Source: Isurus oxyrinchus (lineage: Eukaryota). From it: a stretch of DNA of 64,000 nucleotides. Position 1 is the first letter of the stretch. Every line of letters starts with the position of its first letter. The position numbers were made by a program, and so were the translations under genes. The notes beneath the pieces are model-generated. The model was not told the DNA's origin. It saw only the letters and a program-made list of their open reading frames with translations, and searched no databases. The stretch lies in contig JANJGN010000210.1 of the NCBI GenBank assembly GCA_026770705.1, positions 372,001-436,000 on the forward strand. The letters run 5' to 3'. Positions 1 to 13,009 of the stretch are shown in pieces.

Positions 1-1112
1 GTCCCAGCACCTTTCCTGTATCTACCTCGGTCCCTCATTGAGCCCAAATAAAATGCAGTAATTTTACAGCTTTCGTCTTCTGCTAACCCTGTCTTTTGAC
101 AGCGCTTGAGTGCGTGTGAGTCGATAATTGCCAAGAATCATTCAGAAGTTCATTACTATTTACAAACCACTACTTTGAACAAAATAATAACACTGAGTAG
201 TGCTTGTTTAGTAGAAAACACGATTATCTTTAACATTTTAAGCTCTGATTCTTCCTCTGGTGAGGTTTTGGTGTTTAATCCTTTCAGTCATCATGTGCCT
301 CACGTTGAAGATTTAAACATTGGCGTGTTTGTCTGTGTAAATGGAGAACTGTCGGTAAGAATGAGAGGGAACAGATTATTTTCTGTTCCTCTGACAGATG
401 CAGCATTGATCCTTCAGATATCAGAAATCTCTGGAGTCCGCCATGATGGTCCTCCCCTTGGGTAGAACATCTCTTAGTCAGGTGGAGTCAGTCTCCCGGG
501 CCTCTGTCATGATGTTTCCGCTCCGTTTTTACCGCACAAATCCCTGGGTCACTCCCCATAACACAGAAGCCTGTGCTAAGGCCCTAAACATCATTGCTTC
601 CTCACACTTTCACACCCTATTACAGTCAGGTGTTTATGAGATCCCCTGCCTCTCTTTATGTTAGATTACCAGCAGCCTTTGTTACTGACACACTGGAGCC
701 GGCCTCTGTGATTATTATTGGACCAGGCCCCAGTTTGGCCCAGGTTCAGCAGTCAGAATTCCCTTTGCAAATCCAAGGAGTCAGAGGTTCTTTGTTTTTT
801 TTGGAGAGGGCGGGAAGGTCAAAGCAGCAACAATGTCCCCAGGAACCCGTCCTTTGCTGGATAGAGGAACTGTCCAGAGTTTCTCTGTCTTTAATTCCTC
901 CTCCTGAGTGTAAGGAAATAATGGATAAAAGAACAGAAAGGCTGACATATAAACTATCACTGTGAGCATTCGCCGTTATTAAGTGGTCAACTCTCTAGAT
1001 TGAGGCTTCAACCCACAACCGTTTGACCCAGGGGTAAAAGTGATGCTAATTCGTCAATTCTGACATAATGTCAGTTCCCATTGCATTAGTACAACGGCAA
1101 CACATGACAGAT

Positions 1113-1525
1113 GCTAGAAATCTAAAATAAAAACCGAAAGTGCTGGAAATCCTCAACAGGTCAGACAGCAAGTGTCGAGCCTGTTTGTTTTCCGGTTCGT
1201 CATATACTTTGCAGCCTTGGGGAAAGGGTGGAGAGGCGGGAGGATTTTGGAGGCTGATTAAAAACCGGCGTCTGTCACACGAACACGCTTCCCGTGGTCA
1301 ACGGAACTGGGCGTGGAATCTGAACATAGATCTTACAGCTGAAAAGCAGGAGGACCTCCAACTGTACCACTTGGGAGTGCAGTGGCTGTGGAGAGAAGCA
1401 GAGTTAAAGTTTCCAATCGATGACTCCGGTTCTGCTGAAGGGTCATCGCCATGAAACGTTCAATCTGTTTATCGCCACAGATTCTGCCTGACCTGCAGAG
1501 TGATTCCAGAATGTTATGTTGTATT
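1113..1525. repeat. Shark short palindromic interspersed repeat (Penelope-like terminal-repeat derived), split by a ~210 bp insert
   Basis: tgctggaaatcctcaacaggtcagacagca at 1141-1170 resumes as tgtggagagaagcagagttaa...gaaacgtt...ctgcctgacctgcagagtgattccag at ~1388-1510; same family at 4752, 11280, 45910 and 62880. Confidence 0.6.
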
Positions 1526-2159
1526 TGCTATTACACTAGACTTTGTCACTGTTATTGCACCAACTCCATCCCATTCATATTTCAGTCGTGTTTGACTCTG
1601 TTATTAGGCATTAGGCAAAAGATTTGCTATTGTATCAATTGGCGCTGTCTCACACAAACTATTATATCAGACCCAACTTCGATTTGGGTGGATCGGGTGC
1701 TGACTGTGTCATTAACACACTGGATCCAGTGATGTATTCAGTGATGCACTGCAACCTGCTATCCTCTGTTAACATCAAACATTGCACCAATTACACAGAG
1801 CTTTACCGCTTTTAATCTGTTCTCTATATCCAATCTCATTGTATAGAACGCTGTCTCTGTAATGGTTGCCCGAAAAGCCTACATGTCATTCAATTCTAAT
1901 GCAAACCTCTCTCATTATTTCTGAAAATCTTGTGCCAATCAGTTTTCAATAGTAACCTGATTCTGATATTGTTAATGTTGACCCTGTTTCTGCTAGTGTT
2001 TCGCCATGACCTCTTTCAGTTGTTATTTTATACAAAGTGTTTTTGTTATTATGATCACACAAATATCGGTTCATTCGGTGTTATACCAAGTCCTCCCTCT
2101 CTCTTATTCCTGAACTAGCCAATTGCTCTGTTTATTTGACTCCTTGGGTCAATTTGTGT

Positions 2160-2620
2160 TATCACCACACTAGCACATGCCTCTGCCTGTACTACACTAG
2201 GTATTGTGTCTGTTAGTAATTGCACTAGCCGATACCTATGTTTATATTACACCAGGTCCTGTCTCTGATATTACTGCACGGGCCCATATCCCTGGTTATA
2301 TAACACCAGGCCTTGTCTCTTTTATTACTTCATTAGCCGATATCTCCTTTTATATTAAACCAGATACTGTCTCTGTTATTAATGCAGTAGTCCATATCTC
2401 TGCTTATGTTACACCAGGTCCGGTGTTTGATATTACTGCACGAGCCCATATCCTTGGTTATATAATACCAGGTCTTGTCTCTGTTATTAATTCATTAGTC
2501 GATATCTCCTTTTATATTAAACCAGATACTGTCTCTGTTATTAATACAGTAACCCATATATTTGCTTATGTTACATCAAGTTCGGTCTCTTTTTATACTC
2601 GACTAGGCCATGGTTTATTT
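2160..2620 (+). repeat. Degenerate 27-bp minisatellite with a 162-bp higher-order duplication
   Basis: ttacaccaggtcc at 2247 and 2409 (162 = 6x27); the spurious ORF 2204-2638 repeats with a 54-aa period. Confidence 0.8.
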
Positions 2621-3839
2621 TCGTTAAGATTACATTGAATATACAACCTGCAGCTAAAATAATCCATCCAAACATGATTCGAGTGGTTGTGGTGGAATTT
2701 GTGAGATAACAGTTAAAAAAGTGGAAACAGAAATTCTGAAAGTCTCTGGAGAGCAGCAGGAGTTTCACTCCTTCTCATCAACAGGAAAAATAAACTGGAG
2801 AATTACAGGTGTATTAGTCTCATGTCAGGTGTAGGTAAAGTTTGATTTTTGCCATCACTTGCATAAATCATCACACATTCGAGATTATCAGGAGCTTCTG
2901 AGAGATATTGAGGTGATCATTTGTTAATAACCTGCTGGTTCTTCTGGATGTGATTTTCTCCGCTTTCCAACTGATCACCAGAGACAGATAAAGCACCTTA
3001 GAATTGAAATCGTTAGCCTGAAATCACTTTATAAACAAATGCACACAACAAACTGGTTATCAATATATATTTACAGTTTTAAACAATCTACAATTTGCAT
3101 AAATGCATAGTTTTGGATTTGAACACAATCATTGAACGCAGGATTGGACTGAAAGTTGTCATTGGGAGAAATGAAGAGAAATTGTGAAAAAAATTCTCCA
3201 AAGAGTGTTATTAGATAACAAGAGATTCAAAATGAATAAGGGACTGTCTCAGAGAGAGAGAGAGAGAGGGTGGTGAGGTGGTGGGGAGGGGGGTTGGGGT
3301 GGTGGGGGGCGGGAGTTAGATGGTGAGTGGAGAAAGCGAGAGAGAGAGAGAAACAAAGATTGAGAGAGTGAGAGAGAGAGGAGGTTCAGTGAGTTAGACG
3401 CTGCCTCAGGCGGAGAGAAAAGAGACATTCAATGAGTTTGGTGATAAATATGCTCATCTTAGTGATGAAAGTGTCAGTAAGAAATCACTTTCTAAGCAAA
3501 AGTACACAACGAAACATGATATCAATAAATATTTACAGCACTAAATCATCCACAGTGACAGTTTGAGTAAAAGAAAATTAAATATTGAAACATTTTGTTA
3601 AAGTTCATCACTAATCTTTGAGAAACGGTTGTATAAGCAAGAGGCATGATTATTTTTCTAAACGGCATAGATAACTGACCATATCTGATCCATAATTTCT
3701 TTGACTAAAACTAAATGAAAATAACTATCAGGTGCTGCAAAGAACGGGCCATCCAATACCGTCCGTTTTAGGTCAATGCCAGGAAACAATTCCCACCTCA
3801 ACATCTTTGTGTATAATATTATCTCTCCAACTCACAGTT

Positions 3840-5640
3840 GCAGTAATAACAGAGACATGGCCAAGCGTAGAAATAATTGAGGCAGGGTTAGCGCACTAAG
3901 CACTGGGTCAATTGATATTAATCCTCTCTTGGGGCTAGAACAGTAGTGATTGATCCGGCACATGAATTAATAACACCCTAGACAGGGTCTGTTGCAATAA
4001 TAACTCAGACTGCCAATATTGTAAGACAAACAAAAACATTAACCAATGGAATAAAAACAGGGACAGGGTGAGTGTAATAAAAGGAGATGTATGAACAAGT
4101 ACAGCTGCAACTAAGATAGGGTTTAGCGTTGTATGTACAGACACAGTGTCCAGAGCAGTAATAACTGGGGGTTTTCCACATGTAATACAACCAGAGCCAT
4201 GGCCGAATTCAGGAGCAGCTGAGACGAGGCCGAGCATTGAAATAACTGAGGCAAGAACTGGTGTAATATTATCACAGACATAATCCATTTCAATATAAAC
4301 AAAGTCAAGCTCTGGTGCAGTAATGCTGAGACAGGACCAAATGCACCAATTATTGACACAGCATCTACAGTTATACAAACGAACGCTGGGCCTAGTATCA
4401 GCAATTATTGAGCCAGGATCTAGTGCAGTAATAACAGACTTGGCCTTGTGTAGTATAAACAGAGACATGGTCTACACACAAATAACATTGACATGGCCTA
4501 TTTTAATATAAACAGAGGCAATGCCTGGTGTAATATTAACGGAGTCAGGGTCTCGTGTAAAATAAACTGAGACAGGGTCTAGTGTAATATAAACTTATGC
4601 AGGGTCTAGTGTAATATAAACTGAGACAGGGTCTATTGTAATGTAAACAAAGACGTGCTCTAGTGTAATAAAAACCAAGTCGGGCTCCAGTGTAATATTA
4701 TCTGAGACGGCGCCTAATGTAATATAAACTGAGACAGGGTCGAGTGTTATATAAAACAAAAACAAAAATACCTGGAAAAACTCAGCAGGTCTGACAGCAT
4801 CTGCAGAGAGGAACACAGTCAACGTTTCGAGTCCATATGACACTTCAACAGAATCGAGTGTTATACAAACTGAGATAGGGTCAAACAGAATATAAGCAAA
4901 AAGGTGATCTAGTGTAATATAAACAGAGGCATGATGTAGTTGAGTAAAAAGTGAGGCAGTTTTGAGTGCAGTAATAATTGAGACAGTGTCTTGTGTAATA
5001 TGAACACCGACATGGTCTAGTTCAGTAATAACTGAGGCAGGAGCTAGTGAAAGGAAACTGACACGGGATCTGTTGCAGTTTCATCTGATACAGGACCTTG
5101 TTTAATATAAGCTGAGACAGAGTCTAGTGCAATAACTGCCAACACAGGGCCTGGATTAATATAAACAGAGATGTGGGCAAGGGCAGCAGTAAGAGAGAGC
5201 CACGGTATTATACAATAATAACAGTGACAGGGCATCGTGTGATATAAACAGAGACATAGACTGGTGCAGCGTTAGCCAAGGCATCCCCTAGTTTAGTATA
5301 AACGTGGCAGAGTCCAGTAGTGCAATAACTAAGACAGAGCCTCGTGTCATGTAAACAGGAACATGTTCTGTTTTCGTATAAGTAGAGACAGGTACCAGTG
5401 CAGTGACAACTGAGACATGGGCTATTGTCATTTTAGCCAAGACATGGTTTAGTGCAGTGATAACTGAGAATGTATAGTGTAACAGGGTCTTTGACCTGTA
5501 TATTGACTGAGGTTGAGCTATTATGGAAACAACTGACACACAACCTGTTGTAATATGATCAGAAACATCACTGAGTGTAATATATACAGACAAAGGTCAA
5601 GTTTAATATGAACAGGGAAAGGGTTCGGTGCAGAAATGAT
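3840..5640 (-). repeat. Degenerate 27-bp minisatellite (unit ~agtgtaatataaactgagacagggtct)
   Basis: Clear 27-nt periodicity at 4581-4740; reverse complement of the 2160-2620 array. Confidence 0.8.
4752..4853 (-). mobile_element. Short retroposed repeat insertion with 12-bp target-site duplication
   Basis: Flanked by tcgagtgttata at 4740-4751 and 4854-4865; body cctggaaaaactcagcaggtctgacagcatctgc...aacgtttcgagtcc. Confidence 0.8.
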
Positions 5641-5759
5641 TGAGACTGCTTGTTTTATATATTGTCAGTATTCACTGTTTCACCGCCATCTACTGGACGG
5701 ATTCTACTATTGCAGATGTTGTGAAAATGTTGATTTGAATTGCTGCTTCCGACATTAAT

Positions 5760-7145
5760 GATAGAATTTTTACAGCGCAGGAGGATGCTATTCGGCCATT
5801 CCTGTCCGTGCTAACCCACTAGACCCTGTATAAGTTTATATTACACTAAACCCTGTCTCAGTTTATTTTACACGAGACCCTGACTCCGTTAATATTACTC
5901 TAGGCATTGCCTCTGTTTATATTAAAATAGGCCCTGTCATCGTTATTTGTGTGTAGACAATATCTCTTTTTTTCTTTTTTTCTTTTCAGATAAGGATCCA
6001 GTTTCGTTTTGAAAGCATCAATTGCCCCTCAATTCACCACGCTGTCAGGCAGTGCATTCCAGATCCTAACCACTCACTGCGTGAAATGTTTTTCCTCTTG
6101 TCTCTATTGCTTCTTCTCCAGATTACTTTAAAACTGAGCCGTCTGGTTCTCAATCCTTCCATCAATGGGAACAATTTCACTCTATCTCCTCTGCCCAGAC
6201 CCTTCGTGATTTTTAATACCTCTATCAAATCTCCTCTAAACTTTCTCTCCTCAAATGAGATTAAAGGCAAGTGCTCCATTCTTTATACATAACTGGAGTT
6301 CTTCATCCCTGAAACAATTTCCATGAATCTTTCCTGTGCCCTCTCTCATGCCATCAAATTCTTCCAAAGGTGTGGTGCCCGCAATTGGATGCAATTCTCC
6401 AGTTAAGGCCTAACCAGTGTGTCACACACGTTTAACATCACCTCTTTGTTTTTACATTTTTTCCTCTATTAGTAAAGCTCAGGATGCTGCAAGCTTTATT
6501 AACTGCGTTCTTTCAACTTGTCCTGCCACCTTCAATGATTTATACACATAAACACCCAGGTCACTCGGTTCCTGCAGCCCCTTTGGAATCACACCCTTTC
6601 TTTTATATTGTCTCTCTGCGTTCTTCCTACTAAAATGAACAACTTTTTGCCTTCTCTGCATTAAATATCATCTGTCACTTGTCCGCCCTTTCCACCAACC
6701 TCTCGATGTCTTTTTGAAGTTCTATACTATCCTCCTCATGACCCGCAATGCTTCCACATTTCGCATCATCCGTATATTTTGAAATTGTGCCCTGTACACC
6801 AAGGCCCAGTATATGAATAAATATTATAAAACGTAGGCATCGTAGCACTGAACCTTGGGGACTGCATTATAATCCTCCCCGAGTCCGAAAAACAACGGTT
6901 CAAAACTACTTTTTGTTTCCTGCCACTCAGACAGTTCCCAATCCATGATGTAACCGTTCATTTTATTCCAGCGAGCTCCAACTTTGCTCACAGGTCTTTT
7001 GTGCGGCGCTTCATCAAATGTCTTTCAGAGACCATGTAAACCACATCAAAAGCGTTACCTGCATCCACCATCGCTACTATGTCATCAAAAAACTCAAGCA
7101 AGTTAGTTAAACATGATTTGCTCTTAACAGATCTATGCTGGCTTA
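5760..7145 (-). mobile_element. CR1-type LINE, 3' fragment (decayed RT C-terminus and 3' UTR)
   Basis: Minus-strand peptides RGDLIEVLKITKGL.R.DRVKLFPL and DLGVYVYKSLKVAGQV are typical of CR1 ORF2. Confidence 0.85.
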
Positions 7146-8129
7146 ATTTATCAAGAAACCACTTCTACACATTTATCGGTTCATTACCTCCTGCGTGAAC
7201 TCCCAATACTATGGTGCAACTATGGCAGATTAACGTGGCTGATTTGCGCACTTTAAAGTCAAGAAAAGAGCTAAGTGTCTCAATTCCTTTGTTTAATTCT
7301 TGAAGATCGTGTTTCAACCGAAGAATGTGGACTAAGGCGCACATTGTGGGAATGATGGAAACTTTAATGACTAACTCAACCGGTGTGAAGTGGGGAGAGA
7401 TCTTTTCTTTATGGAACCACTTGAAATGCGGTGGCGGTGATTTCCTCCGATTCTGCAGGTGCTACAGAACCTCCGCGGTCGGCAAGATGAAATGTGTGCG
7501 TATGAGTGCACGCATCAGATTTACTTACAAGTGAAATCCACAAAGATAAATAACCATTGTTACCTATTATGTTCCATGTTTTATTTTATTGAAATAGTAT
7601 TTGCTGTTCGTTTAATATCATTAACATTAATAGGGAAGACATTGACCATTCCCTCACCAAGGAATACCTCTGTTCCTAGTATTCAGTTGAAAATTGGACT
7701 ACATTATTCCGTGGAGGGTGAGCATATACACACCAGTCTCAGCGGTTCAGTTTTAAGTGCTTCGCTCAACATTAAACAGGATCTCCTGACATAAACGTTG
7801 AGAGTGTGATAAGTTGTGTGAGTGATTGTAAGTAATCAATCTATATATACCTGACCTGAATTTACTCCATTTTAAAATCCCGATTTATTATTACCCTTGT
7901 TTGGAATTTGCTGCTCTCCTGCAAGTTTCACACTATTTTTGTTGCCGCGTTATTCCTTCTTACCCCGTTACATTCATCATTTCCACCGGTACAATCCTGA
8001 GGAACAGAATGACCTCCTTCCCAGCCGGGAGCACGGGTTCATTCTAGAATCTATGACTTATTGTCTCAATCTAACACTTTTCATTTTGCACCTATAGTTC
8101 ATAAAAAGGAACAGGAAAAAGAAGAAAAA

Positions 8130-8465
8130 TATATATTACAGCTCCTTTCACGATCACCGGAGTGTTTTACAACCAAAAATGTGCTTATAATGTGTATTCA
8201 CCGTTGTAATGCAGGGCACACCGTAGCCTGTTTGAGCACAGCAATCTCCCACAAACAGCAATATGATAATGACCAGGTAATCTGCGTCTTTGCGTATTTT
8301 CTTATGTTTATTGACTGATAAATGCTTGCTAAGGCACCGGGGATAACTCTCCTGCACTTCCAGATGAAATAGTACCATGGAATCTTTCACATCGACCTGA
8401 GTGGGCAGACGGCCCCCAGTTTAATGTCAGAGGGGAAAGTGCTGCCAACTGAGCCACAGCTGACA
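8130..8465 (-). mobile_element. tRNA-derived SINE (DeuSINE/SacSINE1-like)
   Basis: Minus-strand head gtcagctgtggctcagttggcagcac; core cacagcaatctcccacaaacagcaatatgataatgaccag resembles the Deu domain (recognised from memory). Confidence 0.6.
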
Positions 8466-9059
8466 ACCAAAGTCCCTTGTGAATGAATATATAGACAAAG
8501 AAGACACAAATAAGTAGAAATCCAGGCTACGGCTCAACTTTCTACATAGACACATAGTTAAATCAGACTGAATCCGGCCATAATGATATCCAAAACCTGA
8601 GTGAAGAGTCCTGCTGGTGGTACAAGCACTGACTGTAGGTCTGATCTTAAGTCTGACAACAGAATTATTCTTTCATTGTGCGAGTTGTACTCTGAGATTC
8701 GGCCATTTTGTAGATTAGCCAGAACTTCACAGTAATTCAAATGATTTGTGGGCCAACTGGGTCATTTCGTTAAACAGAAGTGTATTCCTTGGACCTTGAA
8801 TCATTACAGAATTGGAGATCGTTAATAGATTGTGAAACACCAATTGATTAGGAGTGGTGAAATGATTAGGCATTATTGATATAGTGAGAAACATCATTTG
8901 GTTCCAAGCAATTGATTTTCTGGGAAAGATGAAGGTTTGGAACTGTCAATAGATCAAACCATTAATGAATTGAGACACAACTGATGTTTATCAAACACAA
9001 TCAACGGCAAAAAATATACCGAGAAATATAAATTGTTTTGCAATATGACAGCCTGGTAA

Positions 9060-9998
9060 TGTTACGAAAGTATAATAATTTCACTATATTTTTCTGGCTT
9101 ATAGTCAAGTAGGTTTATGGGAGTGAGTATGGTTGGTTCTGTCTGTGTGATTCAATTACTTTTGGAGTCAGGTAGTCTGTAAGCTTGGAATTATCAAAAG
9201 AAGCTAGGTGTAGAAATATGTTTGAGTTGCTAATGAGTAAACATGGGTGGTGGTTTAGCCTGTAAGTTGGGAAGGGAATTTTCCATTTTAGATAAATGAA
9301 GGGATTGTTTGGATTTCAACAGGATGTCAGTCTGTTTATAACTATCCAGCTAAGCAAGGCTAAGCAGTGTATTTATTTTTCCCAAAGGTTACTGACAATA
9401 TTGGTAACATGAATTTTTTATTATCATGGGAAAGGTACCATTCCAAAGGCATATGGAACAATATAATTTACATTTAAAGAGAGCGACAATATATATAGGA
9501 GAATGAAATGCTGTGTGAGGCGAGGGCCATGTAGGGTCAGCAGAACTGTGTGAAACTGCCTTCAAGAAGCCTCCAGCTATTTGTGCATAAGTTGGCTATG
9601 TCCAGTAACAGACATTAGAGGAAACCATTTGGAAATCCATTGCCAAGTGGGCACCAGGTTAACTTGTTGGTTTTCTTTGAAATCTAAAATCTATTTTGGA
9701 CTGTTGCCTTAAAGGCGGTATGTAAGTGGGAGTCAGGTTAATTCGGAATTTTAGAATTTGTTATAGCATTAAGTAATTGCAGTCTTATGTATGTGCTTGA
9801 AAACTTTTATTTTGTTAATATACATTTTAATTTAATTATTGAAATCTCTAAAGGTCTTAGTTGACTCATTATTGCTGAAGACTGTTTACTCATCTTCTTC
9901 TAATAAACACAAATTGCAAAACCTTTGTGATGGTGTGATCAAGTTTCTCTTGTGGATTTGGTCCGCCTGGCCACAAATCAGCTGCTATGTCATAACAC
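9060..9998. mobile_element. Possible solo LTR
   Basis: Begins TGTTAC and ends ATAACA (TG..CA with short terminal inverted repeat), ~940 bp, no ORF; no clean TSD seen. Confidence 0.35.
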
Positions 9999-11413
9999 AA
10001 TGTACCTGGAACTATCTCTCCATTCATCTGTCACTGTTTCTGTTAGCTGGCACAGCAACAGTTAATCCTGATAGTGGGACATTAAACATGAATGGCAGCG
10101 TGCACAGACTGGGTAATTATGATAGATAAAAGTAGAGATCCTCTTCTACAATGAGGGGGATCAATTGTGTATTAAGGAACTCTGTGCTGTTTACCTAAAA
10201 ACATTTAACCAATATAATATTAATAACTATATTAATAACAATATGAATAATTAATTTTGCCGCAATTTTGAACATTTGTGAAGGGTTTAAAGGTATAAGT
10301 TAAGGGCATAAATTTGTCTGGAAAGGCAATTACTGAATATTTCCACATTGACTTATTGTTAGAGGCTTCATATCACAACACTATTTCTCCCCGACCAGAA
10401 AAAGTCTCAAAAAGCAACTGTAACCGTATGAAAAACATGAGTTTCGATTCTTGTCGTCCCATAGAGCATTCATGTTCAAAACTGTGATTCAGATCACTTC
10501 AGCTACTTCACCGACTCAGCTCTGTCCAGCTGATGCACCATGTCTGATCTAACCAGAATCTCCATCGCGGCAATCCTGAGCACATCTCATTGGAGTACGG
10601 ACCTCACCCATCCAACTCGTGAAGAATTGATTCTCTGCACGAATGTACTGAATGGAAAGCCTCTGGGGCGTGTGTTTAAAGGGGTTAAGGGCTTGTGAAT
10701 TTGCGACAACAATCTGTAATACCCATCGGATATGTTTCATTGTGGCAATATTTTTCAATCAATATTTTGCCGTGGACTTTTTTCCCGTGCTGTTTAGAAT
10801 GTTGTGACTGCACTAGTATCACAGAGCAGCAAGAAATTACCAGGGAAATTGAAACAAAATATGTATTCAACCATCAGCTATGTTTCTGCTGCGATTGAAG
10901 GAATTTGGTTGAGGATATGCTGAGTGCTTTGTTGTGCATGAAAAGACCGCATGTTGCACATGTTATAATCCCCGTTTCTCATCACAGTGATGCAGCCGCT
11001 TTCTATCTTTGAGGTAAAGATTCAGCATCACCAGAAAAGGATCATCAGTACCGCAGGGATATCTCCAGGTTGCATTTGGTGACATTCAGCTCGTCAGTTT
11101 TCAACAGCCAAGGAATTGGAATGATCCAGAAAACGGGGAAGGACTGGAAGTACTAGACAGACACAAATGGAATAAAGGACCTGCTGTAAGTTATGGAGCA
11201 GTCAATCGTAAAGATGAAAATATAGAACAGCGTTTATCAGGCACATGCATCCCCCCTCCCCATCCACCGATCCATCCATCCATCTGAAGAAGAGTCATAC
11301 AGACTCTAACCGTTAACTGTTTTTCGCTTTCCACAGATGCCGTTAGACCTGCGGAGCTTTTCCAGCATTTTCTATTTTTACAGCCGTCCATCCGTTTGTC
11401 TGTTTGTTTCTCC

Positions 11414-11445
<32 letters not shown>

Positions 11446-11491
11446 GTTGTTAATTATGTTTCCATCGTTAACCATGAAATATTTTCTGCAG

Positions 11492-11819
11492 GAGTGAGTT
11501 CTGGACGTTCAGTCGGACAATGGCCAACAGAAGCCCAATAACTAGAAGGAATCTCGAGCATGAATTGTATCTACTCAAATTCTGTTGTGAAGTATTTTTG
11601 CAGCCTCACTGTCAGAACCAGATTGCATCGTCAGCTTCCATAATTCGGGCACATTCATATGAAAAGATCATTAAAGGTTACTTTTCACTCATTCGAACAA
11701 TACCCAAGAATATAGCTGCTTTCACTTTGTTTACTTTTCAGGTCGCTGAGACCCGCGTGTATTACTGTCTGCTGAGGCCCCTCAGTGAGAAAAGCCTCGG
11801 GGCAAATCGTACCAATGCA
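11492..11819 (+). pseudogene. TCR V (alpha/delta-type) pseudogene with degenerate 23-RSS
   Basis: Acceptor ttttctgcag at 11491; GVSSGRSVGQWP..*..MNCIYS, then a frameshift, ending ETRVYYCLLRP; heptamer ctcagtg 11781-11787, 23-nt spacer, nonamer accaatgca 11811-11819. Confidence 0.75.
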
Positions 11820-12492
11820 ATGTTTTGTGAAATCAGTGAAAATAAGTTTCATTGAATCCGGCCACCAGGCGGCGCATCAGGCCGTGGATTCTCATCTCGT
11901 GTCAGACACTTTCTTAAAAGTACTTGAGGAGAAATGATATGATCTCATATTTATGCCCATTAATGTGACGTTTCCTTAAAGACCCATAATTGTGGAGTTT
12001 AGATCAGTGTTAATCAACAGCTCAGCTCCAACACATTGGGCTGTGATGCTTATTTGTTCTGTTCTCCACTGATAGGTTCAGCCCCTTGTTTTAACTGATT
12101 TCAACTATGAAGCGATCAGTAACTATAGAATAATACAACAATTATCTAATTCCTGCCGCGAGACTGTTTACCCCAGATTTGAAATGACTATAAACCTAAC
12201 CCAGCTCTTACAGACAGGCAGAATTAAATAATTTCTGTTGGGCGCATTAGTCTTGAATTCAGCTCATATTAGATAGATTTTACGAGTGACAACAGTGCCC
12301 GCGGCCGCATCCCCCAGAGTTCCGTTTGTTTCTCTCGCCCTGATCTTCCTTGTTTTTCCTGTGTTTTGGAAAGTTGTTTCCCACTGTGCCCGGTTTCACG
12401 TTGGTTGGATCAGCAGTACAGTGCGCCGGGGATCTGCACTTCTGCCCTGACAGAAGATTTGGTGGATTGCTGAGTTGCAGACTCGGAGCATT

Positions 12493-13009
12493 ATGGGGAA
12501 TTGCATTACACAGCTCCTCGTCATCGTATCACTTCTTAGTTAATATTTCCTTCCCAGAAAAAAATCAGTTCTCCCCTGACTGCAGTAGCCCACATGTTAT
12601 TAATTGTAAGGTGATGTTGCTGATGATTAAGCTACTGGAGATGATGATGATGATGACCCTGATAATGATGACATTTACCCAACTACTCTATATTAGGATG
12701 GAGCCATCCAGACACAGTGATCGGGTCGGTTGCTGAAATGATGCCGAAGCTGAAATGATGCCGAAAACGACAGGAACACCACGTGATCTGCACCTTCAAA
12801 ACAAATCACTTCCACCATTTGTTCTGGGACCGTCTGGAACGCGGGCAACATCCACAGCTCCTAAATCAACTGATCGGTGAGAACGAAAACAAGAAGACAG
12901 ACATCGTTGGCCAATTCTCTTCTACATTTAACATAACTATCAAGGTAACGGAGCTGCGGTTCTGATCTGCGACGCAGCCGAGTGTTTCTATGCCACAAGC
13001 CCCACACTG
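12493..13009 (+). pseudogene. TCR V pseudogene with possible leader
   Basis: Leader-like MGNCITQLLVIVSLL at 12493; exon from ~12697 reads VICTFKTNHFHHLFWDRLERGQHPQLL...VTELRF* and DAAECFYAT; heptamer-like cacactg 13003-13009; no good nonamer. Confidence 0.6.

Noticed and set aside
398-560. Splice acceptor plus LRFYRTNP, a possible V relic; also 7400-7510 and 2780-2996
   Set aside because: Too little motif support; no YYC or RSS.
2204-2638. 144-aa ORF with internal repeat (also 3935-4468, 4595-4843, 5288-5593)
   Set aside because: Translations of the 27-bp minisatellite; no splice signals or protein motifs.
4581-4740. CRISPR-like regularly spaced repeats
   Set aside because: Head-to-tail tandem units without unique spacers, in vertebrate DNA.
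10800-11020. cacagtgatgcag heptamer and SDAAAFYL V-like remnant
   Set aside because: No nonamer at 12 or 23 spacing and no convincing Cys/Trp framework.
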